Source of the DNA: a virus
Taxonomy: Duplodnaviria; Caudoviricetes
IMG/VR virus record: IMGVR_UViG_3300032373_001137
Span: 1 to 25,572 of that record
Length of the DNA: 25,572 nt
Direction: 5' to 3' (one strand)
Shown here piece by piece: positions 1 through 9,373 of the stretch. The translations under genes were made by a program, and so were the position numbers. The stretch's first letter is position 1. Every line of letters starts with the position of its first letter. The notes beneath the pieces were generated by a model. That model searched no databases and was not told where the DNA came from. It saw only the letters and a list, made by a program, of their open reading frames with translations.

Positions 1-855
1 TTACTGTATGCGCCCTTGGTGCTGACGAACTTCGTCCTCGATCTCATGGACAAAATCGTCGATTTGATCTTCCTCGAAAACGCGATTGTCGAAAGGTACC
101 TGACGCAGGATCTCTACCGCGTTCTTGTACGCCGGAACCAAAGACGCACTCTGCGGGCGACCAACGAGAAAATGCACTTGGACATCTTCGGTGGCGCCAA
201 CTTTGACTGCAGAAAGGTGACCGAGCCAGCGGCGTGCCTTGTCCTTGATGTTGTCCGCGTCCGAGAGATCGAAGGATAGCGGCTCGTAGACATGCCAGCG
301 ACCGTTCTTCCAAGCATGCCGAAAATCGACAGCATCGGTGCTTCCGTGGACACGTTTGGACTCCAACGAGACCTGCACGCCTTGCTCCTTCAGCTTCGCC
401 TCGACTGGTCGCCAAACATCCTCATCCGACCTGCGTCGTTGCGAAGGACGATCGTAGCGAGTTATGAACCGGTGATAGAGCTGATCGAAGGTTTTCTGGG
501 GGTCGGACGTTAAGCCGGCCCCTACGGATGACCATTGCAATGAACTGTCATCAAGCGGAAGAGCGATGCGCGCATAGTCGCCAGCAGTTTTTTCACCCTT
601 GAACAGGCCTTCGGAATTCAGGCTACGCTCGACGCTTTTCATGCCGCGTTCAATGGCTTCGATGGCGCGCTTGTAAGCCTCGCTATCGAGATCTGGAAAG
701 ATATTCTTGATCCTTCCGAAGGTCTTGCGAGCCTTCGTGAGGATAAGCGGCTGGCCCGGGACAACCACGACCAAGCCGACGTTCACAAACTCGCCGGTTA
801 GAATATCGTGGACGTAGCGTAAGACGACGTAGCTGTACGGCTCCTTCGTGGTCAT
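1..855 (-). CDS. DUF3037-domain protein with C-terminal extension (usual partner of HipA-like kinase)
   Basis: N-terminal YSYVVLRYVHDILTGEFVNVGLVV is the typical DUF3037 start. Complete ORF, stop TAA at 1-3. ATGA overlap with the upstream kinase gene. Confidence 0.8.
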   Translation of the reverse strand: MTTKEPYSYVVLRYVHDILTGEFVNVGLVVVVPGQPLILTKARKTFGRIKNIFPDLDSEAYKRAIEAIERGMKSVERSLNSEGLFKGEKTAGDYARIALPLDDSSLQWSSVGAGLTSDPQKTFDQLYHRFITRYDRPSQRRRSDEDVWRPVEAKLKEQGVQVSLESKRVHGSTDAVDFRHAWKNGRWHVYEPLSFDLSDADNIKDKARRWLGHLSAVKVGATEDVQVHFLVGRPQSASLVPAYKNAVEILRQVPFDNRVFEEDQIDDFVHEIEDEVRQHQGRIQ

Positions 856-1652
856 GTCAGTATCCTCTCTAACTCCCTGATGCAGTCGTCGATATTGTCC
901 CGAGCGTCAGCGATCAACTTCAACGCAGCATCTATGTCAGCTTGGGCGGTTGCCCACTCTGACGGGATGCTTCCTTCATACTCCTTCAGACGCGCATCCG
1001 ACAAGGCGGTCCATCGAGATTTGATCGACGTGAAGTCGATCAGTGTGCCTTTCAACTCCTGCACGAATATATGCCTGCCAGGCGTTTCCAAATCCTTCAT
1101 TCCACCCAATATCCATGGCGCTTTCCACAAAAGAACCATTCTATGCATAAATGCGAGCTCGTGATCGATAATTCGAAGCTCGTTGCCGCATATTAGACAA
1201 TTTGGGTTGTCCGCCCTCCGATCAGGGTTCTGAATGATGGCATCGAACAGCAATATGCCGGATGCAGTTGGTCGCATGGCATCTGACAGCCGTTGGCCGG
1301 TCGCCCAGGCGGAGAAGCCAGACGTTCGGGTTGACCCGAATGCGATGCGACTGCTGCGACGCAGTTTGTCTGCGATCTGGGCGTCTGAAACCACAGAAAT
1401 GATTTCCGGCGGTATCTCTACAAGCCAGGGCTTGGGTACAGGCAGCCCGAGATCCGCTGCAAGACAGGCCGCAATTGCTTCACGAGCCAAATTGATCTCG
1501 GCTTGATCGCACCCGGCTGAGAGCTTGACGAACATCTCCACATCTTCGTCATCTGTTGCTCCGCCAATCGCTTCGCAGGCGGCCAGCACAGGCGCTGTAC
1601 GGCCATTGGCGGCGGTTCTGTCAATCCGGGTCAGCACTGCATGTGGAATCAT
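852..1652 (-). CDS. HipA-family (HipA_2-like) Ser/Thr kinase
   Basis: FVK lysine, E-x-I-A-x-x-LAADLGLPVP, catalytic-loop-like FDAIIQNPDRRADNPNCL, and IIDHELAF metal-binding motif. ATGA overlaps on both sides. Confidence 0.85.
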   Translation of the reverse strand: MIPHAVLTRIDRTAANGRTAPVLAACEAIGGATDDEDVEMFVKLSAGCDQAEINLAREAIAACLAADLGLPVPKPWLVEIPPEIISVVSDAQIADKLRRSSRIAFGSTRTSGFSAWATGQRLSDAMRPTASGILLFDAIIQNPDRRADNPNCLICGNELRIIDHELAFMHRMVLLWKAPWILGGMKDLETPGRHIFVQELKGTLIDFTSIKSRWTALSDARLKEYEGSIPSEWATAQADIDAALKLIADARDNIDDCIRELERILT

Positions 1653-2809
1653 GCCGCGCTGGCCTCTGAACTGAAAATCTCATGCAACAACGCCGGCATA
1701 AGTGCATCGACGTCTTCTGCCGTTCGCATCCGGATGCCTCGGATTTTCTGAGCCTTGGCTTGGAGCCGGTTGAACCAGCGTTGTGTTTCGATCGGCGGTA
1801 TAGGGACCTCGACAACTTCAAGCTTCTTTAGTCCCAAGGTGCGGTTTCTTCCCGCTCCGCCTGGTGATGCCTCGCCAAGTTTCTGCAAGCCCTCCGGTGT
1901 GCGGAAGTAGAACAGCAGAAATTCAGCCGCGACTACGTCGGGATTTGTCACGCAGGTTAAAAAGCGGTGCGAACCAACCCGGCCGTCGTCTTCCGGCTTT
2001 GCTATGGCGACGGCACCTTCCCAAGCGAATACAATGTTGAAGACCAAATCCCCGGATTTGATGGTGAACAACTTCTTGGAGCCGACCTCCATCCCTGCCA
2101 AGCCCGGCTTGTGAAATGTTCCACGACCAAACGAACGAACACCGAGTTCCATGTACGTTTGATCGGGCTCCACCTCGACAGGGCGGCGGACAAGCGGGGC
2201 GACTTCAGCCATTGGGCGGAGAGGTGCGCCGTCGATGACTCGCTGGAAGGCTTTCAGCAGCAGCGCCTGCGTTTCGCGCTCGGCCGCCTCGATTGCGGTG
2301 CGGCGTTCGTCCACGAGCGCCGCGACCCGGTCGAGCCTTTCGGCGATGCGGTGCTGGTCGTCCAGGGACGGAAGGTCGATCCTGAAGCTCAGCACCTTGT
2401 CGGGGTGCACTCGCTCACGACGGGCTCCGATCCCTTTGCTGCCGACGGCAATCTCGCGCCAAACGCCCGGCTGGCGAAACAACCACTGGACGTATCGATG
2501 GTCCGCCCTGTCGGGATCAATGTCGAACGCCGGGAACTCGTTGGAGGTGAAGTATCCGTCCAGCTCGGGGGGAACGACTGTGTATGCTCCCTCGAATGCT
2601 TTGAGCCTACTGTACACGAGCTGGCCTTTCCTCACCTTGTATAGGGTCGTTGCGCTGATCTCTGAGCCACGTACTGGTGGCCGAGCAATTGGCCCGCGAG
2701 CGAAGCCATAGACGCCGAGGATCGGGTAAGCGGCATCGGGCTCCACTGGGCAAGGATCGACGGCAAGCTCGAGAATCTCGGACAACGGAACGGTCGATGT
2801 AGCCATCAC
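1649..2809 (-). CDS. hsdS: Type I restriction-modification specificity subunit
   Basis: Two TRD repeats, each ending in a conserved LPSLDDQ / IPPIETQ element and joined by a helical spacer. Directly follows hsdM. Start is GTG 2809 or ATG 2806. Confidence 0.9.
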   Translation of the reverse strand: MMATSTVPLSEILELAVDPCPVEPDAAYPILGVYGFARGPIARPPVRGSEISATTLYKVRKGQLVYSRLKAFEGAYTVVPPELDGYFTSNEFPAFDIDPDRADHRYVQWLFRQPGVWREIAVGSKGIGARRERVHPDKVLSFRIDLPSLDDQHRIAERLDRVAALVDERRTAIEAAERETQALLLKAFQRVIDGAPLRPMAEVAPLVRRPVEVEPDQTYMELGVRSFGRGTFHKPGLAGMEVGSKKLFTIKSGDLVFNIVFAWEGAVAIAKPEDDGRVGSHRFLTCVTNPDVVAAEFLLFYFRTPEGLQKLGEASPGGAGRNRTLGLKKLEVVEVPIPPIETQRWFNRLQAKAQKIRGIRMRTAEDVDALMPALLHEIFSSEASAA

Positions 2810-4371
2810 ACCTGCTCCGCCAGCACGGCCTTGATCTCGTCCATGATCCCGATGATCCGCTGTTCCTGTGCGATGATCGCGTCCACGATCTCGGTCGGCG
2901 CGCGATGATCGGCGATCTCGCCGGAATGCGGGTTCTTGATGTCCAGGTTACAGGCGACAACGCGATCCTGTGCGTCGCGCTGGATCAGATCAGTCGCGGA
3001 GACCTTCCAGGCGCGGTCATTCTCCATGCGATCATTCCACCATTCAAGGCAGCCGCCGAATTCCTCATAAGCCATCGGTGCGGTTTTTGAGTACTTCTTG
3101 CGACCTTCCGGCAAGGGCAGTTCATAGTACCAGATGTCCTTGGTCGGTCCGCTGGTGTCGAAGAAGATCAGGTTTGCAGGAATGTCGGTGTAGGGCGCGA
3201 ACACGCCTTCGCGCAGGCGTACGACGGTGTGCAGATTGAACCTCTCCAGCAAGTCGGCCTTGATCCTGGCCGAGATGCCGTCGCCGAACAGCGTGCCATG
3301 CGGGACGACGACAGCCGCCCGACCGCGCCCGGCACGTTTCAAACGTCGCATGATCAGTTGAAGGAACAGAAGCGCCGTTTCCGCTGTGCGGCGATCATCG
3401 GGGAAGTTGTTGAGGATGCCCGTCTCTTCCTCGCCGCCAAAAGGCGGGTTGGTCAGTATGACATTGACCCGCTGATCCTCGCCGATTTCCGCCAGACGAA
3501 ACCGCAACGCGTTGCCAGGATCGATCCGTGGGGCATGAAGACCGTGCAGCAGCAGGTTGAGCTGCGACAGCAGGAACGGGAGCGATTTGGCTTCGCCACC
3601 GAAGAAGCTTTCTTCCTGCAGAACCCTGTGCTTCTCGACGGTGTCGGCCTGTCGCTCGAGGTGCTGGTACGATTCAGTAAGGAAGCCTCCCGTGCCGCAG
3701 GCCGGATCGAGGATGGTCTCACCGAGTTTCGGGTCTGTCACCTCAACCATGAAGCGCACCACCGGCCGGGGCGTGTAGAACTCGCCCGAGTCCCCGGCGG
3801 CGTCGCGCATCTCGCGCAGCAGCGTTTCGTATAGGCGTCCGAGCGTGTGGACCTCTTCGGACGAGTCGAAGTGGATGCCATCGATCAGGTTCACCACGTC
3901 ACGCAGAAGGTAGCCGCTCTCCATTCGGTTGGCGAAGCCCTGAAAAACGGTCGCGATCACGTCGCGCCGCTCTCGTCGGCCATTGTCACCGCGTAAGCCG
4001 CGCAAATAGGCAAACAGGCCGGGGCCACGGCTCCCGTCCGGTCGCTCAGCTTCGTCGGCGACAAGAAACGACAGTAGGTCCGGGCCTGTGATGCCGTCGG
4101 CGTCTGATGCCCAATCGCGCCAGCGATAGGGTGCCTCGATGATTGAACGATAGTCCTTGCCCGCCAGATCCGCGCGCCCTTCCTCAATCCGCTCCATGTC
4201 GTCAAGGAACTTCAGGAACATGACCCAGGTGAGCATTGGCAGGCGGTCGAGATCGCCGTTCAGTCCCTTGTCCTTGCGCATGATCTTGCGCGCAGACTTG
4301 ATGATGCTGTCGAGACGCTGGGCAGTGGTCAATTGCTTCGGCGCAGCCTTCTTGCGGGCGGTTTTGGCCAA
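2806..4371 (-). CDS. hsdM: Type I R-M N6-adenine methyltransferase subunit
   Basis: GEFYTPR, DPACGTGGF (SAM binding) and TNPPFG (catalytic) motifs. TTG start with AAGGAG Shine-Dalgarno at 4379-4384. Confidence 0.95.
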   Translation of the reverse strand: MAKTARKKAAPKQLTTAQRLDSIIKSARKIMRKDKGLNGDLDRLPMLTWVMFLKFLDDMERIEEGRADLAGKDYRSIIEAPYRWRDWASDADGITGPDLLSFLVADEAERPDGSRGPGLFAYLRGLRGDNGRRERRDVIATVFQGFANRMESGYLLRDVVNLIDGIHFDSSEEVHTLGRLYETLLREMRDAAGDSGEFYTPRPVVRFMVEVTDPKLGETILDPACGTGGFLTESYQHLERQADTVEKHRVLQEESFFGGEAKSLPFLLSQLNLLLHGLHAPRIDPGNALRFRLAEIGEDQRVNVILTNPPFGGEEETGILNNFPDDRRTAETALLFLQLIMRRLKRAGRGRAAVVVPHGTLFGDGISARIKADLLERFNLHTVVRLREGVFAPYTDIPANLIFFDTSGPTKDIWYYELPLPEGRKKYSKTAPMAYEEFGGCLEWWNDRMENDRAWKVSATDLIQRDAQDRVVACNLDIKNPHSGEIADHRAPTEIVDAIIAQEQRIIGIMDEIKAVLAEQV

Positions 4372-4388
4372 TGTGGCACTCCTTCATT

Positions 4389-6758
4389 TCAAGCGGTGTA
4401 GAGCAGACGCTGCAATTCGGTGACGGCGCTGCGCAGTTCCTTGCCCCCGCCGAAGCGGGCGGCAATTTCAATTACATTACCCCATTCGTTGAATGGGGGG
4501 ATTTCGAGCAAGTCGGGCAGCTTGAACTGGGCACTGCCGTGTTCGGCATATTTCTCGAGCACAGCATCCAGAACTTCGCGGGCATCGGGCCCGAAGCGGG
4601 CCAGAAAGTCGTCCTGTTCCCGAAGCACGCGGTCCGCGCGCTCACGGCGGGTGCGCAATGGCGCGTTGTAGGCGAGATGGCAAAGAAGGTCGAACGGGTC
4701 GGCCTCCGGCTTTCCAACCGCTTCGGCAAGGGAGTCTAGCTCGATACCTTTCTCCTCCAGCCGTTCGACGATCTCGGCCCGGCGCTCAGGGTCGAGCCAG
4801 TCTGTCCGAAGTTCCGAGGCGTTGGGATAGAGAGTGCGGACTTTGTCGCCGGTATAGTCGGTCAGTTGGCGGCAGGCGAGTTGCCGTCCATCGGAGTCGA
4901 GCTCGTAAACGAGATGCCGGACAATTGAAACCTCACCGCCATCGACGTAGAATTTGCGGCGGCCGGCCTCTGGCTCGTCCTCGAGCTCGACCGGCCCATC
5001 CGTAACATCCGGGAAGTCGTCGGGATCCAGCGCCGTCTCCTCGATCTCGCGCTCTTCAACGACGTCACCGTCTGCATTGATCACCGCTTCGTCTTCGCGG
5101 ACGGGATCGCCGTCGAAGGCTGGGTCGGCGAACATTCGTGTTGCTGTGCCGGTGTAGTCGATGATGTTGAAGGCGAGCTTCCCATAGTCGGCCCTGAGGC
5201 GCGTGCCGCGTCCTATGATCTGCTTGAACTCCGGCATGGAGCCCACGACCCGGGCAAGCACGACGTTCTTGCATGTCGGGGCGTCGACGCCGGTGGTCAA
5301 AAGCTGCGACGTGGTAAGGATGACTGGCGTCTGGGTTTCGACATCCTGGAACTTGGCCCGGTGCGCGCTGCCAACATCACCCTCGTCGGACGTCACGCGG
5401 CAAACGTAGTCAGGGTGATCCTTCACCAGATCGGTATTCAAGGCGGCAAGAGCCTGCCGCATTTCAAGCGCGTGTTCCTGATCGACGCAGAAGACAATGG
5501 TTTTGGCGAACCGATCCGTCTCCGCCATGAAGCCCGCGAGGTGCTTCGCGATGGCCTTCGTTCTCGCCCGAAGGGCTACGACCCGTTCGAAGTCACGCGT
5601 GGAATACTCGGTGTCAGGAATTTCGCGCCCGTATCGATCAAGCTCGCCACGCGTCGGACGCCATCCGGCTGCATCGTAATCTGAGATGACGCGGTGAACC
5701 CGGTACGGCGCAAGAAAGCCGTCGGCGATGCCCTGCGCAAGGCTGTATTCGTAAAGCGGATCGCCGAAGTAGTTGTAGGTGTCGAGGTTCTCCTCGCGCC
5801 GAGGGGTTGCCGTCATGCCGATCTGGGTTGCTGGTGCGAACCATTCGAGAATCTCGCGCCAATTGCTGTCGTCACGCGCGCTGCCGCGGTGGCATTCGTC
5901 GATTATTATGAGGTCGAAGAAGTCCCGTGCATATTCGCGATAGAGGCCGGGACGGTTCTCGTCTCGCGCGATGGACTGGTAGATTGCGAAATACATATCG
6001 CGACTTTTGACAGCGACACCGCCTGCGATCTTGTGTCGGGCATCGCCGAATGGGCTGAAGTCCTTCGCCATCGGATCGTCGACCAGCACGTTGCGATCGG
6101 CGAGAAACAGGATCTTCGGGTTGCGGTTGACGCCCTTCGAATTCCAACGTGCCGACCAGAGTTTCCAGCAAATCTGGAAGGCGACAGCGGTCTTGCCCGC
6201 CCCCGTGCACAAGGTCAGCAGCGCCCGCTTCCTGCCCTGAAGCGCCGCCTGAACGGCGCGGTTGACGGCGATCTCCTGATAATAGCGCAGGGGCTTCGTC
6301 CGGTCAGGAAACGTGGGCGTCAGCAGCCGTTCCGCCACCTCATCATCGACGATACCCTCGGCCCGACGCAGACGCGCCCAGAGATCAGAGGGCGGTGGAA
6401 AATCGCCGATCGTCCGCTCGATGCCAGTTGTATAGTCGAATTCGACGATTTCGCTGCCATTGGTGGAGTAAGCAAACCGAAGGCCCAGAATTTCGGCATA
6501 CTCCTTGGCTTGCTGAAGACCCTCCGCCGCATGGCTATAACGGGATTTGGCCTCAACGACTGCGATCGGGAAGTCCGGATTGAATCGGAGCAGGTAGTCG
6601 GAGCGTTTCTGTTTTCCACGACGCGCCTTGCCACCAAGGAATACGACCCGACCGTCAGTGAAGCTCTTTTGCTCGTTTATGGCGTGCGGCCGATCATCCC
6701 AGCCTGCTGCCTGCAGTTTGGGGACGACGAACTTCCTGCAGGTATCGGCCTCATTCAT
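4389..6758 (-). CDS. hsdR: Type I restriction endonuclease subunit R (EcoAI/EcoEI-like)
   Basis: Start MNEADT at ATG 6758; the ORF track extension to 6962 is unlikely. Nuclease motif DYLL..VVEAK, Walker A TGAGKT, DECH, TAT and QIIGRGTR helicase motifs. Confidence 0.93.
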   Translation of the reverse strand: MNEADTCRKFVVPKLQAAGWDDRPHAINEQKSFTDGRVVFLGGKARRGKQKRSDYLLRFNPDFPIAVVEAKSRYSHAAEGLQQAKEYAEILGLRFAYSTNGSEIVEFDYTTGIERTIGDFPPPSDLWARLRRAEGIVDDEVAERLLTPTFPDRTKPLRYYQEIAVNRAVQAALQGRKRALLTLCTGAGKTAVAFQICWKLWSARWNSKGVNRNPKILFLADRNVLVDDPMAKDFSPFGDARHKIAGGVAVKSRDMYFAIYQSIARDENRPGLYREYARDFFDLIIIDECHRGSARDDSNWREILEWFAPATQIGMTATPRREENLDTYNYFGDPLYEYSLAQGIADGFLAPYRVHRVISDYDAAGWRPTRGELDRYGREIPDTEYSTRDFERVVALRARTKAIAKHLAGFMAETDRFAKTIVFCVDQEHALEMRQALAALNTDLVKDHPDYVCRVTSDEGDVGSAHRAKFQDVETQTPVILTTSQLLTTGVDAPTCKNVVLARVVGSMPEFKQIIGRGTRLRADYGKLAFNIIDYTGTATRMFADPAFDGDPVREDEAVINADGDVVEEREIEETALDPDDFPDVTDGPVELEDEPEAGRRKFYVDGGEVSIVRHLVYELDSDGRQLACRQLTDYTGDKVRTLYPNASELRTDWLDPERRAEIVERLEEKGIELDSLAEAVGKPEADPFDLLCHLAYNAPLRTRRERADRVLREQDDFLARFGPDAREVLDAVLEKYAEHGSAQFKLPDLLEIPPFNEWGNVIEIAARFGGGKELRSAVTELQRLLYTA

Positions 6759-6785
6759 GCGCAATCTTCTTTGCCCTGTTTCAAC

Positions 6786-6814
6786 ACGCCATCGCAAGGC
6801 CAATGGCTTGTCAA
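6786..6814 (-). promoter_or_regulatory. Possible sigma70 promoter for the hsdR operon
   Basis: Perfect TTGACA on the minus strand at 6814-6809, about 50 nt upstream of the hsdR ATG. The -10 element is poor. Confidence 0.25.
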
Positions 6815-6915
6815 AGAAATGGGCTCGGATCAACGCGCAATTCTCTGGTTTTGAAGCTCTTTCGCCATACTTCGGTTTCCAGAACCTACAACCTGCCCGA
6901 TCTTTGCCGCAAGCC

Positions 6916-7311
6916 CTATTGCGTCCTGCCGCGCAGCCACACGCGCTGGCCGGCCCATTCATCCGGAAGCTGTCCCCGCAGTGATTGGAGCGTCACGCCC
7001 CCCGGTTGCCGCCCTTCGAGGATCGCTTCGACGACGTCGGGCGCGAGAAACGCGAGCCGAAACACACGCGTTAGATATGGCGCGGCGATTCCTTCGCGCT
7101 TGGCAAGATCTGCAATAGTGGCGAACTCGCCGGATTCCAGCATCTTCTTCCACCGGAACGCCCGTGCCAGTGCCTTGACGAGAGTGTCGTCCGCCTTGCG
7201 ATAGACGTGTGCATCGTCGGGCAGGATCATCTCCTTCCGCCCCCCGCGCTTCACGAGGCGGAAGGGAACGTGAACCGTGACAGTTTCCGGGATCGGCCGC
7301 ACGCGGTTCAT
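6916..7311 (-). CDS. Conserved hypothetical protein downstream of recombinase (probable HTH, 131 aa)
   Basis: MNRVRPIPETVTVHVPFRLVKRGGRK...ARAFRWKKMLESG...LAKREGIAAPYLTRVFRLAFLAPD is the ORF type usually found after these recombinases. ATGA overlap at 7308-7311. Confidence 0.8.
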   Translation of the reverse strand: MNRVRPIPETVTVHVPFRLVKRGGRKEMILPDDAHVYRKADDTLVKALARAFRWKKMLESGEFATIADLAKREGIAAPYLTRVFRLAFLAPDVVEAILEGRQPGGVTLQSLRGQLPDEWAGQRVWLRGRTQ

Positions 7312-8615
7312 GCTGCTTCCTCCTCTTCGGTGCTCATTTCGCGCGCCAGCCCCGCCAGCCCATCCGTTCGCAACCTCACGTTCAGCCCATTGGCGTCGAG
7401 GTCGACCCTCTCGACAAGAAGCGCCACAATGCGCGCCTGCTCTGCGGGGAACAACTCGTCCCACAGCGGGTCGAGCCGCGTGAGCGCGTCTCGCGCCTCT
7501 GCCTCAGTGATGTCGCCGTCCTGAGCCCGTGCGGCCTTCCAAGTCCCGGCCACGATCTCAGGCTGGCGGAACACGGCACGAATCTGGGCGGTAACGGCAG
7601 CCTCGATCTCGCCTGCGGAAACCCTGCCGACCGGGCAGGAACCTGCGCCGTGCTTCAGAACCGTCTGGCTGACGTAGTAGCGGTAGAGCTTGCCGCCTTT
7701 CCGCGTGTGCGTCGGCGAGAACGCCGCGCCATCCGGGCCGAACAGCAGCCCCTTCAGCAACGCGGGCGTGACGGCACGAGTGCGGGCGGCACGCCTGCGC
7801 GGGCTCTCCTGCAGGATCGCATGAACCTTGTCCCAAACTTCGCGGTCGATGATGGCATCATGCTCGCCGGGATAGCTGGTTCCCTTGTGGACTGCCTCGC
7901 CGATGTAGACGCGGTTGTTCAGGATCCGGTAGATGAATTTCTTATCGATGCGGTGGCCGCGGCTGGTTGTGACACCCCGTTCGGCCAGTTCGCGCGCCAA
8001 CACGGTACCCGAACCGACCTCGATGAACCGAGCGAAGACCCAGCGGACATTTGCGGCGTCATCGGGGCTTTCCACCAGCTTACGGTCTTTTACCTCATAG
8101 CCAAGCGGCGGGCAGCCGCCCATCCACATGCCCTTGCGGCGCGAGGCGGCAATCTTGTCGCGGATCCTCTCGCCGGTCACCTCACGTTCGAACTGCGCGA
8201 AACTGAGCAGAACATTCAGCGTCAACCGCCCCATTGACGTGGTGGTGTTGAACGATTGTGTGACCGAGACGAACGTTACTCCGTTCCGGTCGAACACTTC
8301 GACCAACTTGGAAAAATCCATTAACGAGCGGGACAGGCGGTCGATCTTGTAGACGACGACCACGTCGACCAGCCCATCCTCAATGTCTTCCAGCAGCCGT
8401 TTCAGGTCGGGCCTTTCCAGCGTCCCGCCGGAGATGCCGCCGTCATCATACTGATCGCGGACCAGCACCCAGCCTTCTGACCGCTGGCTGGCGATGTAGG
8501 CCTCGCACGCCTCTCGCTGGGCGTGAAGACTGTTGAACTCCTGCTCGAGCCCTTCCTCGGAGGATTTCCGAGTGTAGACGGCACAGCGCAGTTTTCTGAC
8601 GACTGGTTTGTTCAT
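7308..8615 (-). CDS. Large serine recombinase (integrase)
   Basis: Start MNKP at ATG 8615. CAVYTRKS catalytic Ser, DDGGISG, VYKIDRLSRS, recombinase domain GYEVKDRKL...LNNRVYIG, and a degenerate zinc-ribbon region (YRYYVS...SCP). Confidence 0.93.
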   Translation of the reverse strand: MNKPVVRKLRCAVYTRKSSEEGLEQEFNSLHAQREACEAYIASQRSEGWVLVRDQYDDGGISGGTLERPDLKRLLEDIEDGLVDVVVVYKIDRLSRSLMDFSKLVEVFDRNGVTFVSVTQSFNTTTSMGRLTLNVLLSFAQFEREVTGERIRDKIAASRRKGMWMGGCPPLGYEVKDRKLVESPDDAANVRWVFARFIEVGSGTVLARELAERGVTTSRGHRIDKKFIYRILNNRVYIGEAVHKGTSYPGEHDAIIDREVWDKVHAILQESPRRRAARTRAVTPALLKGLLFGPDGAAFSPTHTRKGGKLYRYYVSQTVLKHGAGSCPVGRVSAGEIEAAVTAQIRAVFRQPEIVAGTWKAARAQDGDITEAEARDALTRLDPLWDELFPAEQARIVALLVERVDLDANGLNVRLRTDGLAGLAREMSTEEEEAA

Positions 8616-9067
8616 GCCGTCCTCCGGTGGTTTTTCAACCCGAAGAACACCCAGCCGTTCCAGCGGGTGCCGGTAATGGCGCGGGCGATGGCCGACAGCG
8701 ACTGGTAGGGCCGCCCCTGCCATTCGAACCCGTCCTGCGTCACCGTCACGATCTGTTCGACGCCCTGCCACTCGCGCAGCAGCCGCGTGCCGGTGATCGG
8801 ATGGTGACGGTCGGTGCGGATACCGCGCCTTCTTTTGTCGCCGCCGTCCAGTTCCTCGCCGAGCCGCTCCAGCCGCCGGATTGTCTCCGGCTTCAGCCCG
8901 CCATAGGCCAGCTCCTGGATGCGGTAGGCTAGTCTACTTTCCAGATAGCGACGATTGAACTGCGGTGGCTCGCTGTCGAACAACTCACGCCACTGCTTCT
9001 TCAGCTCGGGCGTCGGCGTGGTCTTGAGCGCGGCCAGGCGCGCGGGGATGGGATCATGCTTGTTCAT
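8612..9067 (-). CDS. DUF2924-domain protein
   Basis: ELKKQWRELF...LAYRIQELAYGGL...GTRLLREWQG...SLSAIARAITGTRWNGWVFFGL. ATG 9067, with ATGA overlaps at both ends. Confidence 0.88.
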   Translation of the reverse strand: MNKHDPIPARLAALKTTPTPELKKQWRELFDSEPPQFNRRYLESRLAYRIQELAYGGLKPETIRRLERLGEELDGGDKRRRGIRTDRHHPITGTRLLREWQGVEQIVTVTQDGFEWQGRPYQSLSAIARAITGTRWNGWVFFGLKNHRRTA

Positions 9068-9258
9068 GCTTTTCTCCGATGAGTTGGAGTTGCATGACGG
9101 CATTGGTCGGGCGGATAGTGTAGGCAACTTTCTCCAGTATTGTCAGATTTGTCGCTCTCCTCCCCCATCCGCAACCGAACAAGCCCGAGCGCCAGCAACC
9201 GGCACAGTTCAGTGCGGCGTTCGGCGGGTGTCAGATGTCTTGGGTGAAGCGGATTCAT
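9064..9258 (-). CDS. Small hypothetical protein heading the DUF2924-recombinase operon
   Basis: NPLHPRHLTPAERRTELCRLLALGLVRL helix, typical of the ORF preceding DUF2924. Its stop overlaps the DUF2924 start. Confidence 0.7.
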   Translation of the reverse strand: MNPLHPRHLTPAERRTELCRLLALGLVRLRMGEESDKSDNTGESCLHYPPDQCRHATPTHRRKA

Positions 9259-9373
9259 GGTTTCCTGCGTCCTTGTTCGACGCAGAGCAAATCACGCTCA
9301 ACTGGAAATAGGTAGACACTGCAACGACTTGGCGGAAGCGCTGCGAAGACAAAAGCACAACTTCGAAACAGTT

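Noticed and set aside
5694-6854. 386-aa plus-strand ORF
   Set aside because: Antisense shadow of hsdR, with no motifs; expected in high-GC coding DNA.
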